This document shows positions 13,360 through 27,254 of a stretch of 64,000 nucleotides of DNA, in pieces. Numbering within the stretch: position 1 is the stretch's first letter; each line of letters opens with the position of its first letter. The notes beneath the pieces are model-generated. The model worked only from the letters and a program-made list of their open reading frames with translations. It was not told where the DNA came from and did not search any database. A program made the position numbers and the translations under genes. Source of the stretch: Octopus sinensis (lineage: Eukaryota). The stretch lies in NCBI RefSeq assembly GCF_006345805.1, contig NC_042998.1:7688001-7752000 (forward strand), written 5' to 3'.

Positions 13360-14009
13360 ATGTGTGTGTGTGTGTGTGTATATATAATAATTCGGCCCTG
13401 AATAGAGTAGTACCCAAGAGACTGGGTTATATTAAACCGAGCGACGGGTTACTATATAACCCAGCTAGGTCACAATGGAATTCAAACAAGGAATACAAAG
13501 AACGGAACAAATACTGTAAGGTACCAGGTTTGATGTTCTTACAATTCTACCAATCCATTCCTTTGAACTGGGACTTAATTTATCAATCTCGAAAGAATAA
13601 TAAGCAATGTATACACAATGGGACTTGAACTCAGATCGCAGCGAAGCATTCTGCCCGAACTCTAACGATTCATCCCAGTTGCCGCCAATTATGTGATAAC
13701 GGTTTTACTGTTGTATGTCGCTCGTAATTTTTATAAGATGAAATTTCGTTTACAACCTAACACAGAACTCTTTGCCCATTATTCCCCGATACTATCTGAA
13801 CTGGCATAGGGGATTGTAGAATTACAGTGTAACAGTTTCTATGTTTATTCCATATAATTTCCGAATACAGATTGTAATGAACTTCTGTTTTACACATTAT
13901 TATAGTGCCATCGGGATTTTCAATGCCAAGGTTTGTTGCCTACACACAACACACACACACATACACACACGCACGTACGCACGCACGCACACACACACAC
14001 AGACTCATA

Positions 14010-14050
<41 letters not shown>

Positions 14051-15202
14051 GGTGTCCGTAAACACATATATCCTTACACATATCTTAGTACATAACTCGA
14101 TATATTTTTATGTAATAGATATGAAGTTTTGAGAAATTCTATATGTACGTATATTTGCCTATATGTGTGTATATGTGTCTGTGTGTCTGAACGCGTTTGT
14201 GTATGTTATATACACGCATGCACTCAGTCACAGACGTGTGTGTGTGCACAGAACACACGCATAATATACTTTGATTATATATATATATATATATATATAT
14301 AAATACCCCAACACTCCAGCTGGTAAAGTTATAAAGCGTACAGACCTTTCCCCCCGTAAGTCAACAGAGGCAACTGACTTCTGGAATTTACACTTGAATC
14401 CCGGCAACTAGAGGCGATCAGTGCTTTGGGAACAGATATTTTCTGGACAACTGAAAACAGAATGAATGAATGAATATATAAATAAATAAATAAAATTGCC
14501 GATATCGCCTCATCATCTGTGGTGCTAAACATCAATATTCACCTTTCGATATTAATGTGAACTTGAAAGTGTGCATCGCTGTTTATTATATATAATTCTC
14601 AACAGGAATACTGGAAAGAGAGAAGTGTGTGTATTTGCAGGTCTCCTAATTGCTGTGCATCTGGCTTTGTAATCTTCTATTAATTTCCAATATACTTGAG
14701 AGCTGACAAGGCACTACTTGAAACATTTCAGCCTAAGATTACACGATATAATCTCCATGTTAACGTATAATGTATAACATAACACTTCAAGGATATAGTC
14801 TTTCGTGTTTGTTCACGTCGGGACTTCGTCGGGGAGTTTCTGTGAGAGGGTAACGATAGATCGGAATGTTTCCCTATAAAGTACTTTAATGCATTCAAAC
14901 CAATGAGGGCGCATCTACGTAGCCGCTTGACATGCAAGTAATAGCAGCCAAAGGAGTGGAAACAGCAGCTACTTGAGATACGAAATCCTTAAAAGACGGA
15001 AGGTTTCAATAAGAAATCCTTAAAAGAGGAAGGGTTAACATCGATAAAACAACTCTACAATAACAAAACAACAATGCAAACAGTAACTTTAAGGCTTTCC
15101 TATCTAAGAAGCTGGCCCTTCAGAAAATGTTAGTTACCACATCTCGAGCCCGTCTAATACATAACTAAATTATTAAATATATTACGAAACTATTTTAAGA
15201 AT

Positions 15203-15665
15203 AGGTGCGGTTGTGTGGTTAGAAGTTTACTTCTTAACCGCAAGGTTCTGGGTTCAATCCCACTGCGTAACACTTGGGGACGAATAAAACCTTGTGAGAG
15301 AATTTGGTAGACAGAAACTGAAAGAAGCTCCTCGTATATGTGTGTGTGTGTTTTGGTATCTGCGTTTGTCACCCACTTCTGCTTGACAACTATTGTTGGT
15401 TTGTTTAAGTCCCCCTATCCTGTATGTATGTATGTATGTATGTATGTATGTATGGGCCATAGTTACATAATTAGCACATAAGTATGGACGTACAGGTGTG
15501 GTAACTAGCGGGCCCACAGTATGTTGGATAATAATCCGATATGATAAATATCAGTCAGTTATAAAAAAAAATACAATTACTAGGGTCGATTCGTTCGACT
15601 GAAATTTTTCAAGGCGATGCCCCAGCGTGGGCGCAGTCTGATGACTGAAACAAATAAAAAATGAA
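15203..15665 (+). mobile_element. SINE family A, diverged and interrupted
   Basis: Head GGTGCGGTTGTGTGGTTAGAAG. The tail ATGACTGAAACAAATAAA follows an inserted segment. Confidence 0.7.
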
Positions 15666-16334
15666 TAAACGATAAAAATTATCAACAATACTAAGGTCAC
15701 GTAGTTCATGACCCAACACCTCTCAACCCATGTGTACCTCAAAAGTGAGTACATTACACCCATAGTTAACTAAACCGTATGTTTCTTAGCATGCAGTCTT
15801 AACACTGTATTCAAGAAATGTGAGGCAACATTTATCTGGATGGATTTTACGTACACTATCATCTGTCTGAGAAATCCCTCGATTCTTCTGTTAATTCATT
15901 CCCCATATTTTCTGAAACGGGTTATAGTCTGGTGTCTTTATATCTGATCTGCTTTCTTATGTTATATACAGAGGTTATTAAACCCTCTTTCACACAGAAA
16001 GAATAACATACAAGTCTTTTGAAAGTAGACATAAAGACATGAAAATCGATTATCAGCTATAATGAAAAATATCATATTTTACTTGAACCTTACACAGTGA
16101 TGGTGTAAATTCGATATCAAACTATGACTAACTTTTGTTTTCGTTTTTTCGTTTTCTTTTACATATGTGTTCACCGGCAGCCAACACACATTATCACTCA
16201 CTCTATTACAGGCACGCATGTATGAGTATTAGGCAATGAGCACCGAAAAAGACAACAGGGATGGACAAACTTTAAAAAATGTATCAGATTAACGTATGCA
16301 TGTGTGTGTGTGTCAGTGTGTACATACATACATG

Positions 16335-16890
16335 GTGGCTGCCCCCTCGTTATCGAGTATGGCCATTGCACGAAGCTTAATCAATGTTGTTATCGTGCAA
16401 TGCCTGTGCAAGAAGATTTTCTTTTAAAGTGAGGAAAACTGTACACTGAGTCAATCCCACTCACTAAGCAACAGCAGCCATAATCCGAAAAGAAGAACAA
16501 GTCAACATCATCGGTAACCACTGAGCCGCAGGTTTTATATCGGAGTTATCCCAGTTACCTGAGTTACCTTCTCCTAGAAGGATGCCCTAACAAAGGCTAG
16601 GAGTCCTTCACTCCTAATGGTTTAACCGCGCGATCGAGTATTCAGTCCGATTATTTCTATGCCCCGGCGCATGATACAGCTTTAAGACATTTATTGGTTG
16701 GCCGTTGACCCTCGAGAGTTCCTCCGCTCTTTGACGGGTTTTGTTTTTCATCCCACAGGGTGTCCAATAAAAGCCCTCCTCACCAAGCAAACTTGGTAGG
16801 GTTGCCGGTTTAGTCGCCGACGACCCGACGTGCAACAGGTTGTACTGGGTTACATGCTACCAGTAGCACTCAAAAGTGACCTGACACTAC
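16335..16890 (-). mobile_element. RTE-related non-autonomous retroelement
   Basis: GC-richer block flanked by (TACA)n. GAGTTACCTTCTCCTAGAAGGATGCC resembles RTE 5' UTR motifs, and the minus-strand 3' end CAATGGCCATACTCGATAACGAGGGGGCAGCCA resembles RTE tails. Confidence 0.5.
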
Positions 16891-17089
16891 ATACATACAT
16901 ACATACATACATACATACATACATACATACATACATACATACATACATACATACATACATACGTACGTACATATATCCCAACGTTTCATGCAACGGGAAA
17001 ATTCAAATGTGAATAAGAAGCAACCCAAAGAAGATAAACAATATCGAACACACATACAAAAGGTATGTTTTGCCAGTTCGTGGGCATAT

Positions 17090-17491
17090 ATTCTTTTACT
17101 CTTTTACTTGTTTCAGTCATTTTTACTGCGGCCATGCTGGAGCACCGCCTTTAGTCGAGCAAATCGACCCCAGGACTTATTCTTTTTTGTAAGCCTTGTA
17201 CTTATTTTATCGGTCTTTTGCCGAACCGCTAAGTTACGGGGACGTAAACACACCAGCACCGGTTGTCAAGCGATGGTGAGGGGACAAACACAGACGAACA
17301 AACACACAAATATACATGTACATGTACATATATACGACGTGTTTCTTTCAGTTTCTGTCTACCAAATCCACTCACAAGGCTTTGGTCAGCCCAAGGCTAT
17401 AGACACTAGCCCAAGGAGCCACGCAGTGGGACTGGGCCCGGAACCCTGTGATTGGTAAGCAAGCTACTTACCACACAGCCACTCCTGCGCC
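17090..17491 (-). mobile_element. SINE family A, full length
   Basis: Colinear with other A copies. Confidence 0.9.
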
Positions 17492-17494
17492 TAT

Positions 17495-17499
<5 letters not shown>

Positions 17500-17540
<41 letters not shown>

Positions 17541-17750
17541 TGTGTTTGTCCCCTCAACATCGCTTGACAACCGGTGCTGGTGTGTTTACTTCCCCGTAAC
17601 TTAGCGATTCGGCAAAAGAGACCGATAGAATAAGTACTAGGCTTACAAGGAATAAGTCCTGGGGTCGATATGCTCGACTAAAGGCGGTGCTCCAGCATGG
17701 CCGCAGTCAAATGACTGAAACAAGTAAAGGAGTAAAGGAGTAAAAGAGTA
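17500..17750 (+). mobile_element. SINE family A, 3' half (inverted relative to the adjacent copy)
   Basis: (TG)n, body and the TAAA(G)GAG tail repeats are present. Confidence 0.85.
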
Positions 17751-18039
17751 ACTGAAAATATAGATGCAAATAGAAAAGCCATTAGCGTTAATAACAATCC
17801 TTGTCATGTAGTGCAAGGTAGACAACTCGAAAATATAAACTGATTGGAAATTAAATTAATGTCAAGTGTAAACTTTGGTATTTACAGGGAGGACAACAAA
17901 CATGGACCTAAATGTTTAATCGGTACACACTAAGAGTACTAACCCCATCTCTCCCGCATACACACAAACACATATACACTCATACACATGCACGTGTATA
18001 TACACGCACTTGCATGTGTGTGTGTGTGTGTTTGTATTC

Positions 18040-18435
18040 TTTTATTCTTTTATTTGTTTCAGTTATTTGACTACAAGTATTCTGGGGCATCGCCTTCAGG
18101 GGTTTTAGTCCAACAAGTCGACCCCAGGACTTATTTTTTAAGCATAGTATTTGTTCTATCGGTTAGTTTTTGCCAAATAGCCACGTTACGGAGACGTAAA
18201 CACACCAACACCGATTATCAAGCGGTGATGGGAGACAAACACAGACACATACACGCACACACACAAACATATATATATACGACGGGTTTCTTTCAGTTTC
18301 CGTCGACCAAATCCTCTCACAGAGCATTGGTCAGCCCAAAGTTATAATAGAAGATACTTGCCCAAAGTGCTCCATAGTGGGACTGAACCCGGAACCATGT
18401 GGTTGGAAAGCAAGCTACTTATCACACAGCCATGT
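18040..18435 (-). mobile_element. SINE family A, diverged
   Basis: Tail-to-head colinearity with the A consensus. Confidence 0.8.
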
Positions 18436-18857
18436 CTCATGTAAAAAGTCCCATTAACAACGTTAGAAAGTTACTTTAATTGTTGTGTGGTATATGTATA
18501 CATAGAAATACGTACACGCACATACACACACACACACACACACATACACACACACATCAAATACACACACATATACACATTTTTATATTTTAAATACATG
18601 CGTAAATTGCGAGGATGATCCGGTTTTTGACTGAAGATTGAAGGTTTCGAATGTCCCGTCTGTGTTTTTTGTATCGTCTTCTAAATGTTTTGCGTTCTTG
18701 TCCCAGTTTGTATTTTTTTATACATACATACATACACACACACACATATATATATAAAGACTTGTTTTATTTATATTTCCTGAGCGCCATACTAATACAA
18801 TTGTTCGTTTGTTTTCCACCTGCCTTCGTCTTTTGTTTATTTTCATAAAGCTTCCCG

Positions 18858-18897
<40 letters not shown>

Positions 18898-21004
18898 ATA
18901 TATACGTACTATGTATGTGAAGGTGCGTGTGTGTCTGCATATGAATAGATACTCTTTTACTAGTTTCAGTTCGGGGGCTGTGGCCATACTGCAGCACCGC
19001 CAACTGCTGTTATTACACCTTAATTATTTTTTCTTTAATAGTTCGCATTTGGTGAATGAAGCAGATTGCTGTTGCAGCTGCCTTCATTCCCGATTCCTGT
19101 CGTGAAGCCGGCTCATCTAAGACTTTTCTTGACAGTAGGAGATCTAGTTTAGTTTCCAAGACATCGTCATCCACACCATGTATGTCTCCCTCGCATATGA
19201 ATACGTATACATGTATGAGGCTATACGTAACATGTATCTAAATATGTACAGATATATGCATGTTCAATGGGGTTGATGGAATCAACCGAAGTACATATTT
19301 AGTACTCAGTACCCTCGCAACCAGAATACCAACTGTTGTATTGTTTATTTACCTTCCAGGGTAGTTATTTGAATGACTTAATATATTGCTAATATGCTAC
19401 AAGACATGACTAGAAACATATTTCACTGTTTTACTTGCTTCAAGCCCTAAGACTGCGGTCACGCTTGAGTAGCGCCTTGAAGTGTTTAAAGGTGCAAATC
19501 GACCTTAGTGCGTTTTGTTATTCTTGTTGAATTAGGTATTCATTCCGTCGATGTCCTTTGTCGAACGGCCAAGTTACGTTGACGCAAATAAACCGATACT
19601 GGTTGTCAAACGCTTGTCGGATAGCGGGTGGGGAACAAACACAAATCTAAAACTTTCTCTCGGTCTCTCCCCTCTCTCTTTCTCCTTCTCTCTCACACAC
19701 GCATATATATGTATGTAGGCGCGCGTGTGTGTGTGTGTAACATGTCACGCTGTGAGACTGAACCCGAAATCACGTGGTTGCGAAGTGAACTTCATAACCC
19801 TACATACCTTCGCTTAGTCAACGAAAGAAAGAAATCTTATATATAGAATGTCCATAAAATTACCTTTACAATTTCTGTAATTTATTGCATTGTATCGCCT
19901 AAATCTATTGCTTGCAACCAATGGAGCCCGCGTAGAGGGGTTCGAATATTTCTAATAAAGATGTATTTATTTACCCGTGTTCCGAAAGACATTGTCGGGT
20001 TATTCTTGCTTTTTATGTTTTCTGATTATTCTTTTCAAATTGTAAAGATAATATATGGACACCCTGTATAAGTAATAGACAACGACTTTCAGAAAGAAAG
20101 GAAAATATTAATAGCATATCTACTGAAGTGAGAAAAGTGAAATAAACACAAGTAATTAGTGACAGATGTTTAGAAAATTGAAGTAGATGATGATGTACGG
20201 AGTAACGTACGCTGGAAAATGGTTTATGAACTGAAATTTTCCTTTTAGTTAGAGAAAATGCATTCAAACCATTAAGACTCCCCACTCAACTGAATCTAAA
20301 ATTATTCAGGAAACGAAGAAATAATTTCAGAAGAAATTAGATTTTCATTCCTAATATTGTGTACTGCAAAAGAAGAACCAGTTATTTTCATCTAAGGATG
20401 AAAATTCTATTTTCTGTCTGCCGAAGTCAACTTTGGCCTTCAGTCTGATAAAATATAATTTCACACAACTAGGGTTGATGTATCAATGTAATCAATTGAC
20501 AGTTTCATTCAAATATTTGGCGTTATGCCTCAATTATCAAAACAAAAACACCAAAAAAAATCATTGAAATTATCACCCCTTTGTGTCAAAGATGCTACAA
20601 ACTGCCATTTTAAAACAATTTCTCCAACGAAGTGGTAAATGTTATATTTTTCTATGTTTTTTTATAGCATCTACTTGTATTATCTATATCTATGCCTTCA
20701 GCTCACATTACTTCGCTATATGTAAGTTAAAAAATAATGATTTTGCACTTCATAGCACAAACGTCCCTTTATAGGCTTAGTTGTGTACACATCTATTCAA
20801 TGAATGTCGCGGTTACGTGTTTGTACGTATGTATATGGGTGTCTATAGCTTGTGATGAGAATCAGCTATATGGTTACGGGGCGACAACCACAACCTGTCT
20901 CGTGAATACAAGGTGTTTGACAAGGTGAGTTTATGGCAGAGGGGAAGTAATTAAAGATTACCTTAAGCAGCAGAGGTATTCTGGACTATTCATATGTGTG
21001 GTGG

Positions 21005-21038
<34 letters not shown>

Positions 21039-21390
21039 CAAGAATTACCAAACATGAGTGTGCTAGTGTATGTGTGTATGTGTGTGTGTGTCTATGTGCG
21101 TGTAAGTACGCACACGTGTGTGCATGCGTGTATGTGAATTTATACATATATATATATATATATATAGGTAGGTATTTATACACATATATACATATACGTA
21201 TGTATGTATGTATGCATATATGTATATATGTATATACACATGTATATAAAATACAGTCAACAGATGAGATCCAACGATTCTAGGTATAAGAATACATTTT
21301 GTAGCGCCTAAATGATTCGAGCTTAGACTCCGATGTTTTTCTGAGGGGCCAATTCCGCGGAGTAAAGAGTGGCTATAAAAAGAATCCGTG

Positions 21391-21421
<31 letters not shown>

Positions 21422-21784
21422 TGTGTGTGTGTGTGTGTGTGTTGTGTGTGTGTGTGTGTGGTGTGTGTGTGTGTGCGTGCGTGTGTATTTTTCTTACACA
21501 TACGTATATAGAGCGTCCTGCAGTATAATTACGAAATAGTTTACTATCTGAAAGTTTGATAATGTGTAAAACATATTTAGCCTTGCTGGAAAACAATATA
21601 GAATATTTTTGTTGTAATATATACATTTTACCCGAATATATTTTTCAGCAATACTTAATACCCCTTAAACATGCTTTCTTCCACAGTACATGTGAGTGCG
21701 TATATGCATATATATACAATACATGTGAGTGCGTATATGCATGTATATACAATACATGTGAGTGCGTATATAGATAGATAGATA

Positions 21785-21960
21785 TGTTTCTTTATTAGCC
21801 ACACAGGGCTGCATACAGACGGGACAAATTACAAGGTAGAGCTTTTCTTTTGGGGATAAAAAAGGGGGTTTGGTTTTCGATCAAAAGGGATCGTAAAAGG
21901 AAAGAAAGAGGAAAGCAAAAAAAGGGGAGGGGGGTAAAAATAAAAGGTAAAGGAAAAAAT
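21785..21960 (-). mobile_element. LINE 3' end (L1/Tx1-like) sharing its terminus with SINE-B tail type 2
   Basis: Minus strand TTTGTCCCGTCTGTATGCAGCCCTGTGTGGCTAATAAAGAAA versus SINE-B TTTGTCCCCTCTGTGTTTAGCCCCTTGTGGGTAATAAAGAAA. Embedded in (GATA)n. Confidence 0.5.
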
Positions 21961-21961
21961 C

Positions 21962-21999
<38 letters not shown>

Positions 22000-22052
22000 A
22001 ATGGCAGTCAAATATTATACTCGTATTTGCTGAGTTAATTTCCTGCCACTGA

Positions 22053-23051
22053 TTATTTCTAAGCAATTAAATTTCTTGTAACTACGACGATATGGCTATC
22101 TTCCAGTTCCTTTCGCCGCTTTCGGCATCTATGAAAAGTTTTCTTACCACCATGATCCACCCTCGTACCAAGTTCGATTCATTTGATCTGCTGTTCGCCT
22201 CTGGTTTACAACTTCACCACATCTTTATTGCTTAATACTGCTGTTGTGAATTTTTGATTCTGTTTCAAAATTCATTTTTCCGTTTCTCACGACCGGAGAA
22301 TGAGGAAACTTGAAACTTTTTCAACTGTACGGCAACTTTTTCATCCTACATTCTTCGCAAATTTTCTTCAGCTCCGTTCCTCAGAAATTGCAAGAAGCTA
22401 GAATTTCTGGATCAAATTTTGGCAGTTTGCATCTTCTTTCTCTCACATTTGACACGCGTCTTGAGTCAACGTTTCTCGTTGGTTCTGTACCTTACTTTTA
22501 AACTCGGTACCCTGTCATGATTGTTATTCGCTATCGCCACCTTTTGGGATCACCGTTTGCCAATCTTCACACAACATCGTATCCATTTCGTAACATTTTT
22601 GAACTTGACGAATGCTCGACCATCGACATTTTGAATAAACAGCATTTCTTCCTTCACGATACCAGCAGACTATTTTTTTTTTCTCCGTCAACAACGCCAC
22701 TAAAATTTATTTCAACCAGAAACAATATTGCAACCAGTTTACATATGGAAGTTTCAAATCCCAGATTTGTTAACATTTCAACATCCTTTTTCGTCGCAAG
22801 TACAGTAAGCAGCTCATTTCAACATCCTGCTTTGTTCAGTGTATGGCTTACACCGTTTTTCCACTGCAAGTCCAGCTTCTCATCCTTATCTTCGCACAAG
22901 CTCATCTTTTTCACCTGCAAGTTCATTGCTAACTCTCAGCGTTACAGCTTTTGTCATATTGCCATTTAATTTCTATATGAAGTTGCGAGACTTAATTTCT
23001 CGGCGTACTGAACTTTTTCAGAAGAATTTTCCTGCATGCATTTTGCCAATG
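22053..23051 (-). repeat. Block A: ~1 kb segment, inverted copy at 30211-31206; probable decayed Tx1/L1-type ORF1
   Basis: ORF-track peptides 22310(+) and 30948(-) are nearly identical. The minus strand reads QYAEKL..VTLRV..VLATKKDVEML..IVCWYREGRNAVYSKC..DWQTV, like an eroded ORF1 with zinc knuckle. The duplication is certain; the ORF1 identity is inference. Confidence 0.85.
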
Positions 23052-23861
23052 CCTTCCGCTACTGTTTTCATCTTCAGTATTCGTGCGCTACGTACATATC
23101 ATGTATATACATAACTTTCCGTATTTTCGCATCGTTGAATTCAATTTCTGTGGACTTTCAAAAATCTTGCATGACTTGAACTAACTCGAACACTTGCACA
23201 TAGACTGGAACTTTTCCTTAGCTTGCGCCTGATTTGGTACTTCTGTTGCTTGCTTTTTCATGAATTTGTTCACTTAATTTTTAATGTTTCAGAACGTCTA
23301 TTCACGTACATATATTTTTTTACGAATATACTGTATATTTGTAAAATTGTCTCAACGTTCGCACACATGCTTGCATGCATTCACCCAGTTATACACATGC
23401 ACTATATACCATACTTTTGGGTTGCTTTCTCATGATCACCGCGCTCATGTAAGACAGAACTTAACTCTATTAGACCCCTAGATGGTCACGTTATAAATAG
23501 AAAGTTGCCTATCTCTTACAACACGCCAGCATGTCACTGTCGATTTTACCACTCGTTTGCACACTCACTCTGCCTCAGTCACGCTCTGACTGGCATTTTC
23601 TGCGCACGCAAAACAACACTGCTAATTGAAACCACTCGAATAAATCCTGTTCTCTATACATTTCCTTGGATTATGTTTTCCGAGATGCACAATTTTCTCT
23701 ACCTCTATACTACATATACACACACATACATTACAGAAGTTTGAACGTTGATTTTTCACATTGAATCCGGAATATTGCATTTATTCCATTCTGTTTTTAT
23801 TAGTTTTTGACATTTTAAGATGCATACATTTTTGTTATTTTCATTATTGTATACAGTTACC

Positions 23862-24680
23862 TGTAGCTAGATAGTTGAATGATCTCCCTTGCAAGAAAGA
23901 ATATAGAGTAATTTCCCTTTCTGAGTTTCTCGAAGCATCTGTGTCATGAGGCGTGATTCTTAATTATTCAAGAAGTTTAGCGTTTCTCTTGGAAGTTTCT
24001 AGATAGTCTAGCGTTCCATTAATAAAAGCAGCTTGCTAACCCTGCTCCTCGCTTCTTAGTCGATTAGACTTAGAGCCATTCACGTCATAACTATGTCCCT
24101 CTATTTCTCTACACCACACGACTAAAAACCACCACTTAGCTGTTATTTCTACATTTTCTATTTCTGAAGATTCTTTCATAGATTACTTCATTGAACTAGA
24201 TTCTACATTTTGATTATGTATCATCATCGACCACTAAATAAAATATATTTTTATGTAGTAAAAATATATAGTTCTTGTGAAGGCGCATGGCTCAGTGGCT
24301 AGAGCATCGAGCTTACGATCGTGAGGTTGTGAGTTCGAATCCCAGACCGTGCTACGTGTTTTGTTCTTGAGCAAGACACTTTATTTCCCGTTGCTCCAGT
24401 TCACTCAGCTGTAGAAACGAGTTGCGACGTCACTGGTGCCAAGCTGTATTGGCCTTTGTCTTTCCCTTGAATAACACTGGTGGCGTGGAGAGGGGAGGCT
24501 GGTATGCATGAGCGACTGCTGGTCTTCCATACACAACCTTGCCCGGACTTGTGCCTGGGAGGGTAACTTTCTGGGTGCAATCCTATGGTCAGTCATGACC
24601 GAAGGAGGTCTCAGGATATAGTTCTTGAATTTATTCTTCATCTCTAAATGAACTCTTCTAATATTATACACGCAGCCATA
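23862..24680 (+). repeat. Block B: segment with inverted paralog at 31620-32057, interrupted by a SINE-C
   Basis: GTAGCTAGATAGTTGAATGATCT..CAGCTTGCTAACCCTGCTC..GATTACTTCATTGAACTAGATTC matches the reverse complement of 31677-32057. The match resumes after the SINE. Confidence 0.85.
24278..24615 (+). mobile_element. SINE family C (tRNA head, CORE/Meta-like domain), full length with 12-bp TSD
   Basis: GGCGCATGGCTCAGTGG..GAGTTCGAATCCC head and TTCTTGAGCAAGACACTTTATTTC..GCTCCAGTTCACTCAGCTG core. TSD ATATAGTTCTTG at 24266-24277 and 24616-24627. Confidence 0.9.
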
Positions 24681-24834
24681 TATGACCACCACAGGTGCAT
24701 TGAACTATGTTGACATAGGTATAGGAATGTAAGAGATGATGACGGCTGGAACAACGTTGATCATAGACAGGCTCGATCAGAACTGACCTGGGGCTAAACA
24801 ACATGTATTGTTGTAGTTGTTGTGTGACCCCAGA

Positions 24835-25385
24835 AAGGGAGGGAGAGAGAAATAGAGAGAGGGAAAGCGAGAGAGAGGTGCAGAGGGGGAGAGAGAGGTG
24901 AGGAGTGAGAGAAACAGATACAGACAGACAGACAAACAGGCAGAGACATACAGACAGGCCTTGACTGACAGACAGAGAGGTAGAGACAAAGACAGAGACG
25001 GGAGGGTAAGAAGAGAGACGGGGAGAGAGAGGGATAGTCACAGAGAAAGAGATATATTAGGGAGGGAAAAAGAAAGAATGAAAGAAAGAAAGGAAAAAGA
25101 AAAAAAGAAAGAAAGAAAGAAGAACGAAAGGAAAACAAAGACAAGAAAAAGGAAGAGAGAAAAAATGAAAGAAAGAAAGGAAGGAAGGAAAGAAAGGAAA
25201 GGAAAGAAAAATAAAAGAAAGAAAGAAAGAAAAAAGAACGAAAGGAAAAGAAAGACAGGAAAAAGGAAGAGAGAAAAAAGAATGAAAGAACGAAAGGAAG
25301 GAAGGAAAGAAAGAAAGGAAAAGGAAGAAAGAGAGAAAAAGAAAGAAAGAAAGAAGGATTGATTGAATGAGGAGAAGGAAGAGAA
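24835..25385. repeat. Polypurine (GA/GAAA/GACA) low-complexity tract
   Basis: Direct inspection. It includes an internal ~120-bp imperfect duplication. Confidence 0.9.
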
Positions 25386-26139
25386 AGTCGGCACAGAAGC
25401 TGATATAAATTTACTCTCCAGGTTATAATTAGTGTCCTTGCGTTGTTTGGAGGACGAGGGGAGAAGATTATGTCTGTACGTTCACGTCTGTATCTGAGCG
25501 CATCGGATGGAACAGGGAAATCTATACGTCTTCACAATCACTATATTATTCAGAGAGAGACATGTAAAGAAGATACGTTAAGAGAAAAGTCTCCCGTTTG
25601 ATTTACTAATTTCTGCTTGAGAAAACAGAAGTGTGTATTTAACTCTATCCCTGCCTTCAGCAATTCTTCTGCAACGAGCAGCACTGAACTTTTCAACTTT
25701 CCATTACTCTCGTATTTTCTTCCTTCACACTCTCTTTTTCCCCTCACACTTTCTCTGGTTGCCCCTCTTTCTCCTACTCTCCCTCTAACTGTCTCACACA
25801 GGCACACGCTCTCTCTTTTATTCTTATTTCTTATGATAAAGTTTCGTGTACGCAGCAAACTTTTGTGCCTGTTTTCGCCTCTTAAGCATCATTTAAAATC
25901 TCTAGTTTCTAAGCGTGGTTACTAATCACTGTAATTTTGTCCAATAATTCTGGTTTGTATTTTTTCCCATTTCTTTTCTTTGTCTGATTATATCAAGGCT
26001 GGAAAATCAACCATCCTTGTTTGTTATACTATATAACAAATAACGAATCAATTAAGACAGTTAGCTTGCTATGTGAGTGTGTGTGCATTTCTGTCAAACC
26101 AACGGCAATTCAATATGTGAGAGTACAGGCCTGTGTGTG

Positions 26140-26331
26140 TAGTGGCTGTGTGGTAAGAAGCTTGCTTACCAACCACATAGTTCCGGGTTCAGTTCCACTA
26201 CGTGGCACTTTGGTCAACTGTCTTCTACTATAGCCTCGGGCCGACCAAAGCCTTGTGAGTGGATTTGGTAGACGGAAACTTTAAAAAACCGTCGCATATA
26301 TATGTGTGTGTATATGTGTGTGAGTGTATGC

Positions 26332-26378
<47 letters not shown>

Positions 26379-26615
26379 ATATATATATGTATATGTATGT
26401 GTGTGTGTGTGTGTATGTGTTTGTCCCACTTATCCATCGCTTGACATCTAGTGTTGATTATCTTATGATCCTGTAACTTAGCAGTTCAGCAAAAAATACA
26501 GAAAATGTACCAGATTTACAAAATACATACTGGGGTTGATTTGTACGACTACATTCTTCAAAGTCGTGCTCTAGCATAGCCGCTGTCGAATATCCGACGC
26601 AAGCAAAGGATAAAG
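26140..26615 (+). mobile_element. SINE family A
   Basis: Head, microsatellite and diverged tail are present. Confidence 0.8.
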
Positions 26616-26934
26616 ATTAACGCAGTGTGTCGTCGATTTTTACGCATGAGCGTCCCCTTGTTCGATCAAGTGAATCTCCCTTCTCATTGAATTAACCAGC
26701 TAAGTTGCTGACTCGTTCAACCTTAACTTTCAGACAAGAGTCAGTGTGACTCGGTTTGACGAAGTTGGACGTTTGAATAACAAGAACAGTCCATCTGCCG
26801 GGCTTATACATCTGCAGTGTACCCTATTTCATTCGCAAGTCTACACCTGCACCACTTAATACGCTGTGAAATCGATCCCGGCACCACATGGTTTTGATGC
26901 AAACTTGTAAACCATTCAACCATGTCATATCTGC

Positions 26935-27153
26935 ACGTCTATCTATTTATCTACCTACCTATCCATCTATCTACCTACCTACCTACCTACCTACCTATCC
27001 ATCTATCTATCTATCCATCTATCTACCTATCCATCTATCTACCTATCCATCTATCTACCTATCCATCTATCTATCTATCTATCTATCTACCCATCTATCT
27101 ATCTACCCATCTATCTATCTATCCATCCATCCATCCATCCATCCATCCATCTT

Positions 27154-27220
<67 letters not shown>

Positions 27221-27245
27221 GTGTATGTGTGTGTGTGTGTGTGTA
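26935..27245. repeat. Compound (ATCT/ACCT/ATCC)n microsatellite
   Basis: Direct inspection. Confidence 0.95.
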
Positions 27246-27254
27246 TATCTTCTA

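Noticed and set aside
14346-14450. Candidate minus-strand 105-nt exon (strong acceptor, AAG|GTCTGT donor)
   Set aside because: The peptide is unrecognisable, the donor is weak, and phase 1-1 does not join the TSP1 exon. It cannot be supported without RNA data.
18625-18660. CTGAAGA motif as a hammerhead
   Set aside because: It lacks GAAA and stem I.
24282-24350. tRNA gene (also the head at 60010-60078)
   Set aside because: The tRNA-like head continues into a SINE body (with a TSD at 24266/24616), and the acceptor stem is not properly formed.
24898-25362. Lys/Arg/Glu-rich 154-aa ORF
   Set aside because: Translation of a polypurine simple repeat.
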